Origin: Macrostomum hystrix
Taxonomy: Eukaryota > Animalia > Platyhelminthes
Assembly: GCA_950097015.1 (NCBI GenBank)
Contig: CATNEN010000038.1
Location: forward strand, 20,398,001 to 20,462,000
DNA: 64,000 nucleotides
Reading direction: 5' to 3'
The notes under the pieces were generated by a model. The model was not told where the DNA came from and searched no databases. It saw only the letters and a program-made list of their open reading frames with translations. Each line of letters begins with the position of its first letter. Position 1 is the stretch's first letter. Made by a program: the position numbers and the translations under genes. Positions 12,792 through 24,700 of the stretch are shown here, piece after piece.

Positions 12792-15719
12792 TCTAATCTA
12801 GCTTTAGTGTTTCTGTGTTAATTAGATTAAATCAGTTAACAGTAGAAAGTAGTAATACCCGCTGCCTACTTGACAATAGCTCCGGCGTCGACGAGAGTCG
12901 TTGAATATCTCGACGATGTCAATGTTGTGATTCTGGAAGTTGTTTCATCGGATAGAGCGGCAAATTGTAAATATTTGTTTGCAGCGCAACTTGTTGAATA
13001 TTTTAGGAGAAAAAGAAAATTGTGGGTTTTTGAAATACTCCCGTGAAATACTTTCTGGTATCTGTCATCAATCTCCACAGAAAATGTTAAACTATTGACA
13101 CAACTAAAATAAAACATTTCTGCAATTCTATTTTAACTGTTTAATCTAGTCTCCAAGTTGTAAATTGCTTATAAAACAGTTAATCACTAGTATTTAGGCA
13201 GTGTCAGTTAAATGTTGATTGTCAGTGACCTCGACCAATCATCGGAATCCCAGTGTGTTTTGCCGTTTTTTAATTATATACAACTTTTTGCTAACTTTTA
13301 TCTACTGAAGCAACTGTTATATTACTACTATTATAACTATGGTTATAATAAACATGGTCGTTTATTCACCAACCCCGTGTCATAGAAAGGTCTATGAATT
13401 GGTTAATTAACTGTTGTATCTTTTTTGTAGTAGCAAAACTAAATGAGTTAATTTTTCCTCATTTTATCATATATTTTCTTTTATAATTGCTTGTCTGTCT
13501 ATGATTTTTTCGATTTGCTGTGTCTGCTGTTGTTGTTACGCCATTTAGGTGCTATAACAATAACAATATACTAAAATTATGTGAGAAAAAACTAATTTAC
13601 TCGCTCTGTAAGTGATTCATTGATAGTGAGTAAGTGAATGATCGTTCATTTTGTTTCCCAGGGATAACTGTTTTTTAATCAGTGCATCTACTGAAGTAAG
13701 TAATTTTTTGTTTAAAATCGATTATTAATTAATTAACCGCATAAAATTGTTTCTGTCACTGAAATAGACAATCACACTATAATACTTGGCTATATTGTGT
13801 CTGTCTATTTTTGTTTAATGGCGTGTCAATTGTCATCATCAGTATCTACTGGGAAAGTCATCTGAAACCATACTTACCTCAGCCAGTTTTTTTAATCGTC
13901 TGCTGTTGCGAGTAATATCTGTATGATAATTAATGCCACTAATCTGTAAGAGTTATGTACATATCTAAAGTAGTTGATAAAAAAATAATCAAGCTTTGTT
14001 TGCGTTTTTAGTTTTACAAATTGGTTTTATAATTAGAAACTTTTTTTAAATTGTTGTGTTTATTACATGGCTTGCGCAAATGTATAATTTTTTTTAATTA
14101 ACAGTTGTGTCTAATTAATCGGATAAGTGACAGATATCGTAGCCAACATAGATTGCTATTATATTTAAGAAGTAGAAAAAATAAGTCACCTCAGAATTAG
14201 TTCACACACTTCACTTTCGTGCTAAACTTTACTTTAATACAACAATTTTTTAAAGCAATACGATTGTATTTTACTGCACTACTACTGCTACTTAACGGCT
14301 CGGCTAAGTAGCATGAAACGAACAAACATGAATTTTGTTCCTTTTTCGTATCAGCCTTGTTTGTTTTGCCTTCACTTCCGTGTCTGAATTGTGTTCGTTC
14401 TCGCTGTACTCTCTCTCTAGTTTTTGCTACCAAAATTTTCGCTGCCTAGCTACGGAAGTATTCTAATCGTGTGCAGTGCGCTTCTGAAGAAAATTTGTGG
14501 ATTTGTATTCCTAACTCGATTGTGTCTCTATGTTTCTATGGTTACTTCATGCAGTTGCGATTTCGTTTTAGTTATACAATATCGCCTGCGTTTTTTAAAT
14601 TAAATTCCCGTGTTTCCGTTGGATGCACATTTCTCCTAGTCGTTTATTACTTGGATCCACATTAAGAACAGAGATGTAGAAATCACTGTTGAGATGATAT
14701 CCTAAGCCTCTTTCCGAGTTTTAATTGTCCTATCAAAAAGTTAATTTTGCTCCGCCAATGCAAGTCTCAGTGCTTTTTTATCGAAGGCGATTTTCTACGG
14801 TGTTAAAATTTTTAGCATCATACACGCCCCTTGTGGGTACTTCGCCCCTTGTGGGTACTTCAAAATATACATTTATTACATAAATGCTTAGTAAAGTATA
14901 TCCACTCGTTTGCATGGTTTCCCACGCAGCATCTCAATTTCTAACACAATCGTTCCTCTTAAAGTAAATTATTGTTGTTTTCTCTTTTCTTCGTTAGTCA
15001 ACTCTGCCGGTAAACGGGCAAGAAGTGAAAAACAGTTTTGCAAAAATACGATTATTCAGACTAGATTTTAGAAAAAGTTATAAACTACTTATGAACTAGA
15101 TGTATCGAATATTAGTTTTTTAATTCCGAAGCAAATCTATTCGTACAGCACAACCGCGTTAGGGAGTGCTAAATAGTGCTGAATAGTGTCTTAAGCAGCA
15201 AAATGTATAATGTAAGACATATAGATGTCGACCTTTGTTAAGAAGGGTAAAGTATTTTTATTATGCATAAGAAAATATCACTACAACCTTTAGAGACAGT
15301 ATAAAAAACTCTTTAAAATTATTTGTTTAAGTCAATAGAAGCGTTACTTTTACAGTTTGACTTTTCTTATTTAGACAATTTCTGAGTTTAGAGAGTCACT
15401 CATTGTATTGTATAGAAATCGTATGTTTCGTCTTTCTCTTTAGTATGCAGTGTGAAAGTATATTGAAGACTGTCTTTTGAAGACTCTTTGCATTTTTGTA
15501 TTCTTTAATAGAATTACGATAGCTTGCGGAAGTATATTATAAGTAAATAATTTATATTATAAGGTTTTTTGAATCGCTGCAAAATATTTAAAATTTAAAA
15601 CATTTTACAGTTACAAGTTTTGTTACTGAAATTAACTTACTTAAGATATATAATTATGCTAAACTTAGCAAAAGTAACAAATTAGTTATAATGTGTATTA
15701 CTGACAATCATGCCTAGCA

Positions 15720-18700
15720 ATGAAGGACACTGTCATTGGCAACAGCAGCAATGGTAAAATTGCCAACAAGATGGTTTCTAATCACACACCCAAGGAAGAC
15801 CTGTACATTGGACCTTATCGATTGGAGAAGACCTTGGGAAAGGGTCAAACAGGTAAATGGGATTGTAGAATATTTTGACCATTATATAACTACATTGCAG
15901 TTTATTTTCTTTCATTGGTACATGTTAAATGTTTCTGAATCTGAATCAGTAAAAATGTTACTAAAAAAGTAAAAAACAATACATAGCTTTAGTGTTTATA
16001 GCTAGGGTATATAAAATGAAATCATTGTTTGCTACAAGTACTAAATGGGTATTTATATGAAAATGTTTTTATGCCTGAATTTTTATAAGTCTTTGCTACT
16101 AAGTAAGTGGAGTACATTAGTAGCATAGCATTTTTGTAGCTGGTTTAATTTATATCTATTTGTAGAAGTCCATTCAAATCATCAGCCACTGAATCTTTTG
16201 TATATTGCAGGTTGTTATTGCCAGCTAGCTATTTTGAATTATAAATTTAATAAAACAATTTTTGAATAGTTGCACAATTTGTAAATACTTTTCATCCTTT
16301 AGTGAATTAGTCATGTGAGTTGATTGCTCATTTTATGGACTCGTGCTAGAGTATAAATCCTAAATCCTACTTTAGTCCTACTTTAGTGCAATACAAAATG
16401 TATATATCACAATGGCTAAGCTTAGTGACTAGCCATATTTTTCTACAACTACAGCCCTATACTTTACTTTATAATATGGGTTTCAAAACTATAACTAATA
16501 GTTTTGAAGTAATTAAAGTGGACACATCTCTGGAGTAGTAATAGGTATACTTAGATATTAGAATAGGTAAGGAATAGGTATATCCAAGTAAGCTTGATAG
16601 CAATGGGAAGCCTCCTGGTTTTATGTTCTTTAGTTAAACTGCTTGGCTGACTAGTTATAAAGACTACCTATAAAATAATTAAATAATATAAAATATTTTA
16701 GGTTCAGATTTTTAAATCATTTTGTTAAAATTTTTGCAAATACACTGTCAATGTACCTTTCTTTTTTGCTAGCTTGGCACATTTATACAAGTTGTGTTAA
16801 TATGTAGGTTTTTAAAGCAGAACAGACTCAAACAAAGGTATGGAAAGAAAACACTTAGCATAGGACAAAACATTAAAGAATAATTAGTAACTTTTAATTG
16901 AAAATCATTTTTTCTTCTATAAAACTAGCAATTAAACTTATAATTGTATAGGTTTAATCAAGGTTTAATTACAATTCAGATTAAAACATAAAATAAAGCA
17001 GTTTTAACAATTTTTGCAATTGAATAAAGAAATATAGTTTAACTAACTAACTTAAAGAATAATCTAGCTATGAGATTCTGCTAGTTAGGAATAATAAAAT
17101 ATTTACATTTCTCTAATCAACAAATTGTTCTCAACCCACAATGAATAAAAACAGGCCTAGTTAAGCTAGGTGTGCACTGCATCTCTAGCCGAAAAGTCGC
17201 CATCAAGATTGTCAACAGAGAGAAGCTGTCCGAGAGTGTGCTGCAAAAGGTGGAACGCGAGATTGCCATCATGAAGCTGATTGAGCATCCAAATGTTCTC
17301 GGCTTGTTTGATGTGTACGACAATAAGAAGTTCCTGTAAGTTTATTAATGCGCTGAAATATAAACACTTGGATTTTAAAATGACTCAATAATTCTTGAAC
17401 AAGAGAAGAATACAAGAGAGTCCTTTAATGTAGGATTATGTTTATTGCATTTGGGATTATGGTAATTGGATTCGGGATTATAATCATTGAATTTGTGATT
17501 ATGGTAATTGGATTCGGGATTAAGATCCATGGGTTTGGGATTAGGATCCATGGGTTTGGGAATAGGATCCATGGGTTTGGGATTAGGAATCATGGGTTTA
17601 GGATTAATATCATTGGATTTTGGAATAAGATCCATGGATATTAGAGTAGGATCTATAGATTTAAGATAATCATCCTTATATAGGATAAGGATCTTGGTAT
17701 TTGGGATTAAAATCAATCGATTTTGGGATTAGAATACATGGATTTGAGATAAAAGAAACCTTGGATATTGAATAAGGATCTTTTGATTATAGATAATTAG
17801 ATTTAGTAATTTAAGATTTTTTATTGGGAATAATACACTTTTGATTAGGATCGTGCAATTAAATAAATTGGATTATAGGTATGCGAATAAGGGATTTTTG
17901 TATTTAAAAAATATGGTTAGTATCAGTTTAGGATAAAGATGTAAAATGCAGGCTTTAGGTTTTATCCTTGGATTTATGATAAGGATACCTATGATTTAGG
18001 ATTAAGCTTTTTCCAAACATAGAATTAAGACACTTATCTATTACAATTGCTTGCCTGCACACTCCCACAGCTACCTGATCCTTGAGCACGTGTCTGGCGG
18101 AGAGCTATTCGATTATCTTGTTAGAAAAGGCCGCCTGACGCCAAAGGAGGCGCGAAGATTCTTTAAGCAGATCATCTCGGCGCTGGACTTCTGTCACAAG
18201 CACTGCATCTGGTGAGAGGATAGTTTTGGCGAAATCACTAGGCTACAACCTGCCTATATTAAGATGCGACTCAATGAGACTAGACTCGATTGATCACTTT
18301 GCAATTTTAGTCATCGCGATTTAAAGCCTGAAAATCTACTATTAGACGAAAGGCACAATATTCGCGTAGCCGACTTCGGCATGGCCTCGCTGCAGCCGGA
18401 GGGTTCCATGCTGGAAACTAGCTGCGGGTAAGTTGCCTGCCGTACTGGAAATAGGTCATTGTGTATTTTGAGCTAGGTCATTGTGTATTGGATCTAGGTC
18501 ATTGTGTATCTTGACCAAGTTCATTATTTATTTTGAGCAGGGTCATTGTATTGTGAGCTAGGTCTTTGTACGAGTATTATGAGCTTTGTCATTGTGTATT
18601 TTGAGCTAGTTCATTGTGTATTGTACCTAGGTCAGGGGTCGGTGGCAGAGCGGTTAACACGTTTGCCTCTCGCACCACGATCCCTTAGTTCGATTCCACG

Positions 18701-21700
18701 GCGAGGCCACATTTATTTGAGGCGCAGCCGCGGAGAGAAGGCTTGGGGGCTTGTCGTGCAATTTACACCCTTGAGGGCCAAGGCACAGTGAAATGTCACA
18801 GTGAAATGTACACTGCCTGACGACGAGAAAGTCAGAGCAGATGTACACACCTGTGTGAGCGTATGCCAGCGTACAGTATCTGTGTGTGAGTGTGTGCTCA
18901 GGAGTCAGCGAAATGGGCAGAATTGCCTCCTCGCTTGCTGCGGGTCTAGTGTCACTAAATGATGTGCCATTGCCTGCAGCCCTCCTGAAATTATTATTAT
19001 TATTATTACTGTATCTGGGTCATTGTGTATTGGATCTAGGTCATTGTGTATTGGATCTAGGTCATTGTGTATCTTGACTAAGTTCATTATTTATTTTGAG
19101 CAGGGTCATTGTATTGTGAGCTAGATGATCGTGTATCATGAGCTAGGTCTTTGTACGAGTAATTATGAGCTTTGTCATTGTGTATTGTGAGCTAGGTCAT
19201 TGTGTATTGTGAGCTAGGTCATTGTGTATTGTTAGCTAGGTCATTGTGTATTGTGAGCTAGGTCATTGTGTATTGTGAGCTAGGTCATTGTGTATTGTGA
19301 GCTAGGTCATTGTGTATTGTGAGCTAGGTCATTGTGTATTGTGAGCTAGGTCATTGTGTATTGTTAGCTAGGTCATTGTGTATTGTGAGCTAGGTCATTG
19401 TGTATTGTGAGCTAGGTCATTGTGTATTGTGAGCTAGGTCATTGTGTATTGTGAGCTAGGTCATTGTGTATTGTGAGCTAGGTCATTGTGTATTGTTAGC
19501 TAGGTCATTGTGTATTGTGAGCTAGGTCATTGTGTATTGTATCTAGTAATCGATCTAGGTAATCGTGGCTAATAATATTTTATAATTTTTCCACCAGCTG
19601 ACAAGATATTCATTTACAAAAGTGCAGTATTTATATTTCTGTTTGTATTGATTGATTTATTATCGATCATGTTATTCGATTCCAGTTCACCGCACTACGC
19701 TTGCCCAGAAGTTATCCGGGTAAAATAACTAAAATAGAAAGATAAATTTATTATTAGAAATATGTTAGTACTTTTAGCATGCGCTTGGTGTTTTTATTTC
19801 AGTAAAAGCCTTTCTTTAATGTTGTCTACGTTTATTTCTATGTTTTTATAATTCGTGACAAACATTTTGCCTAGCATCTTGTAGGAACCACTTCTGTCGC
19901 ATAAATCATGAGTTCAGAGTTATTTCAGTTGGCATGTTGCAGCTCATTGATTAGTAATAACTACAAGACATGAACCGGTTTGGCGTCTCTCAGTTAAATT
20001 ATTTAATTCATAGTTGTTTAAAAACGGTGGATAGTATAAGTTTTGTCTTGCGAAAATGTTTCACTTATTGTTTTTCAAATGAAACTAAAGCAGAAGCTTG
20101 TTGCCAAGTAGAATCGAAGCTAAAATCATAACTAGAATTGTAGCTAGAATCGCAGCTGGAGTCAAAGCTAGAATCGCAGCTAGTCTAAGCTTGAATCGCC
20201 GTTAGTCTAAGCTAGAATCGCAGCTAGTCTAAGCTAGAATCGCAGTTAGTCTAAGCTAGAATCGCAGCTAGTCTAAGCTAGAATCGGAGTTAGTCTAAGC
20301 TAGAATCGCAGCTAGTCTAAGCTAGAATCGCAGTTAGTCTAAGCTAGAATCGCAGCTAGTCTAAGCTAGAATCGCAGCTTGAGTCTAAGCTAGAATCGCA
20401 GCTAGTCTAAGCTAGAATCGCAGCTAGTGTAAGCTAGAACCGGAGTTAGTCTAAGCTAGAATCGCAGTTAGTCTAAGCTAGAATCGCAGCTAGTCTAAGC
20501 TAGAATCGCAGCTAGTCTAAGCTAGAATCGCAGCTTGAGTCTAAGCTAGAATCGCAGCTAGTCTAAGCTAGAATCGCAGCTAGTCTAAGCTAGAATCGCA
20601 GCTAGTGTAAGCTAGAACCGGAGTTAGTCTAAGCTAGAATCACAGTTAGTCTAAGCTAGAATCGCAGTTAGTCTAAGATAGAATTGTAGTTAGTCTAAGC
20701 TAGAATCGCAGCTAGTATAAGCTAGAATCGGAGTTAGTCTCAGCTAGAATCGCAGTTAGTCTAAGCTAGAATCGGAGTTAGTCTAAGATAGAATCGCAGC
20801 TAGTCTAAGCTAGAATCGGAGTTAGTCTAAGCTAGAATCGCAGCTAGTCTAAGCTAGAATCGGAGTTAGTCTAAGCTAGAATCGCAGCTAGTCTAAGCTA
20901 GAATCGCAGTTAGTCTAAGATAGAATCGGAGTTAGTGTAAGCTAGAATCGGAGTTAGTCTAAGATAGAATCGGAGTTAGTCTAAGATAGAATCGGAGTTT
21001 GTCTAAGATAGAATCGGAGTTAGTCTAAGCTAGAATCGCAGCTAGTCTAATCTAGAATCGCAGCTAGTCTAAGCTAGAATCGCAGCTAGTCTAAGCTAGA
21101 ATCGCAGCTAGTCTAAGCTAGAATCGGAGTTAGTCTAAGCTAGAATCGCAGCTAGTCTAATCTAGAATCGCAGCTAGTCTAAGCTAGAATCGCAGTTAGT
21201 CTAAGCTAGAATCGCAGCTAGTATAAGCTAGAATCGGAGTTAGTCTCAGCTAGAATCGCAGTTAGTCTAAGCTAGAATCGCAGCTAGTCTAAGCTAGAAT
21301 CGCAGCTAGTCTAAGCTAGAATCGCAGTTAGTCTAAGCTAGAATCGCAGCTAGTATAAGCTAGAATCGGAGTTAGTCTCAGCTAGAATCGCAGTTAGTCT
21401 AAGCTAGAATCGCAGCTAGTATAAGATAGAATCGGAGTTAGTCTAATCTAGAATCGCAGCTAGTCTAATCTAGAATCGCAGCTAGTATAAGATAGAATCG
21501 GAGTTAGTCTAATCTAGAATCGCAGCTAGTCTAATCTAGAATCGCAGCTAGTCTCAGCTAGAAACGCAGTAAAAGTTTTAGTAGGTTAGGTTGTAAAAAT
21601 TCTTATAAAAAGATAGCCTGGACTAGATTTCGCAATTCTGCAAGCAGTTGTGAAAAATATAAAGCGCTGGCTTAAGTATACTGTACATATTCAGTTCTAG

Positions 21701-24700
21701 TATGATTTTAGTATGCGTTCTCCGTGTTTCGCAAGTTTTATTGGTTCCCGGCTTCGCTTTGAAGTTGCGCTTTTCGAAAAGATTAAAAAAGTTTTTTAGG
21801 AACTAGTTGGCAAATGTGATAAAACTTTCTTCAAACCTCTGCTATTAAATATTTGTAAGTTAGTCCATATCCTACCCGTTTCTTTCGTTTTATCTCACCT
21901 GTCAAGTCTTATCCCACTTGTCTGGTCTTATACAACCTGTATTGTCTTATTGATTTTGCACCACCTTACACCACTAAGTCATAAACCACCTATGTATATT
22001 AATCCCACCTATCTATATGAATCTCACCTATCTAGATTAATCCCCCCAATCTAGATTAATCCCACCTATCTAGATTAATCCCACCTATCTAGATTAATCC
22101 CACCTATCAAGATTAATCCCACCTATCTAGATTAATCCCACCTATCTAGATTAATCCCACATATCTATATTAATCCCACCTATCAAGATTAATCCCACCT
22201 ATCAAGATTAATCCCACCTATCAAGATAAATCCCACCCATCTAGATTAATCCCAACTGTCTAGATTAATCCCACCTGTCTAGATTAATCCCACCTGTCTA
22301 GATTAATCCCACCTATCTATATTAATCTCACCTATCTAGATTAATCCCACCTATCTAGATTAATCTCACCTATCTAGATTAATCCCACCTATCTAGATTA
22401 ATCTCACCTATCTAGATTAATCCCACCTATCGAGATTAATCCCACCTATCTAGATTAATCCCACCTATCTAGATTAATCCCACCTATCTACGAGGGGTGT
22501 CCCAGAAATAGCGGGAAAAATCGATGTACAGGCAAACTGGTGAAACATAGTTTATTGAAACTCACGTCACTGATAAATAAACATTCAGCAGTTCTAACGC
22601 TTTTTAAATTAAGTAAATATGTCAATTCATTAAAAAATTATGGCTAAAATTAGAACAAGGGGTAAGGGGTAGAGTTACACCAAGTCAAGGCCCAACCTAA
22701 GTTTGTCCTTAGACAAAATTTTTGCGACAGAAGAAAATGAGCAGAAGCATCAGTGAACAGAAGCAGAAAAAGGCAACAGACGAGCAGAGAAGCGTGAGCA
22801 CCAGAATCAAAATATGCAGAAGCTGACGCAAGAAATACCCGTGGCACCAACGACAGCAAGCACGATCGACATCGCGAATATCGACATTTTGTGCGCCTCG
22901 ACAAGACGCCGCTGTTGAGTTTGGATTTTTTTCATTTTCCCTTGTTCAATCGTTCAATGTTTAACGTTTCGTCCAAAGAAGGTCAGCGCCAGTTCGTGTA
23001 CTCCCAATGGAAATTGGGCAAGCGAGGCAGTGAAATTGTAAGCCAGCTGACTGAAATCTACGGAGTGAGTGCCATCTCGAAGAGTGCTGTCTATCGCTGG
23101 CTTGAAGAGTTCAGTCATGGGCGAACAGACGTTGCCGATGACACAGCCAACCGTGGCCGTCCGATCTCTCCATCAACAAAGGCACTGATTCAAATGGTGA
23201 AGGAAATCGTACAGGCAAATCCCCGTTTGACTGCAAGAGAGTTGGCGGATCGACTGGGAAGTCCAAAAACTTCAATTCATCGGATCTTGTCTGTGGATCT
23301 TGGTATGGTGAAACTGACGGCGAGATGGGTGCCCCGTTTGTTGACAGAAGAAATGAAAACTGTAAGAATGAAGTCCTGCAGGGAGAATCTTGAGCTGGTG
23401 CGTGATGCTGGTGGATGGGAGAGTTTCCGACCCTATCTGGTGACCGGCGATGAAACCTGGATACCGCACTTTGACCCTGAGACCAAGCAGGAAAGCAAGA
23501 TGTGGGCGTTGAAGGGTTCAGATCCACCTGTGAAGGCGAAGCGAGACCAGCACTGCAAGAAGATCATGCTGACCCTTTTCTTCGATCAAGAAGGTCCCCT
23601 GACCATCGACTTCCTTGAGCCTAACAGCACGGTTAACTCGGACCGGTACACGGAGACGCTGACTAAGCTGAAATCGGACATCCGCAACAAGCGCAGGACT
23701 GCGATGAAGCCTCACCTCCTGTTGCACGACAACGCTCGACCTCACACGGCCAAGAAAACGCTTGATCGTATCAACGAACTCAATTTTGATCTGCTTGCGC
23801 ACCCGCCCTACTCACCAGACTTGGCTCCTTGCGACTACGCAATTTTCCCTCAGTTAAAGAAGCACCTGCGGGGGCGCATCTTTGACCATCGCGACAACTT
23901 GGAAGGTGAAGTCAGGCGGGTTCTGCTGCACGAAATTCCGCGTCGAGCTTATGCAGATGCCATCAATGCGCTTCTCACGCGATGGACTAAGTGCTGCGAG
24001 CTAAGGGGGGACTTCGTCGAAAAGTCGTCAGTCGACGGCGATGGCGATGCTGCGTGACCGATTCCGCTGGCCTTGACTTGGTGTAACTCTACCCCCTACC
24101 CCTTGTTCTAATTTTAGCCATAACTTTTTAATGAATTGACATATTTACTTAATTTAAAAAGCGTTAGAATTGCTGAATGTTTATTTATCAGTGACGTGAG
24201 TTTCAATAAACTATGTTTCACCAGTTTGCCTGTACATCGATTTTTCCCGCTATTTCTGGGACACCCTACGTAGATTAATCCCATCTATCAAGATTAATCC
24301 CACCTATCTAGATTAATCACACCTATCTAGATTAATCACACCTGTCTAGATTTATCCCATCTATCAGTTTCATCCCATATGTGTAGTTTAATCTCACATG
24401 TCTAATTAAATTTTATCTGTGTTGTCTCATCTAATTCCTGAACTTACTAATAAATAATTTTCACATTCTAATATATAATAAATTGTGCACTTTTCTCTAA
24501 ACTCAACTGTAGAAACTACCCAGTGTCGTCTGAGTAAGTTGTCATAAGCTAAACTTAATTCCTTGCTCTACTGTCATATTCTAAGTCTTAATGAGCCTCT
24601 CTATCCTTTGCTAGGATATTTCTCCATTGATTTTGCCTGAACAATCCCAGAAACTGTCGAGTTGACGAGTTTCAGATCCGTAGTAAATAGATGAAACATC

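Larger units (their letters stand above)
21985..24400. repeat. 19-bp minisatellite (cccacctatctagattaat) split by the mariner insertion
   Basis: Array on both sides of 22491-24270; the junction reconstructs cacctatcTAgattaatc. Confidence 0.9.

Noticed and set aside
14821-14862. TA followed by a duplicated cgccccttgtgggtactt, resembling a transposon end
   Set aside because: No matching inverted end found by eye
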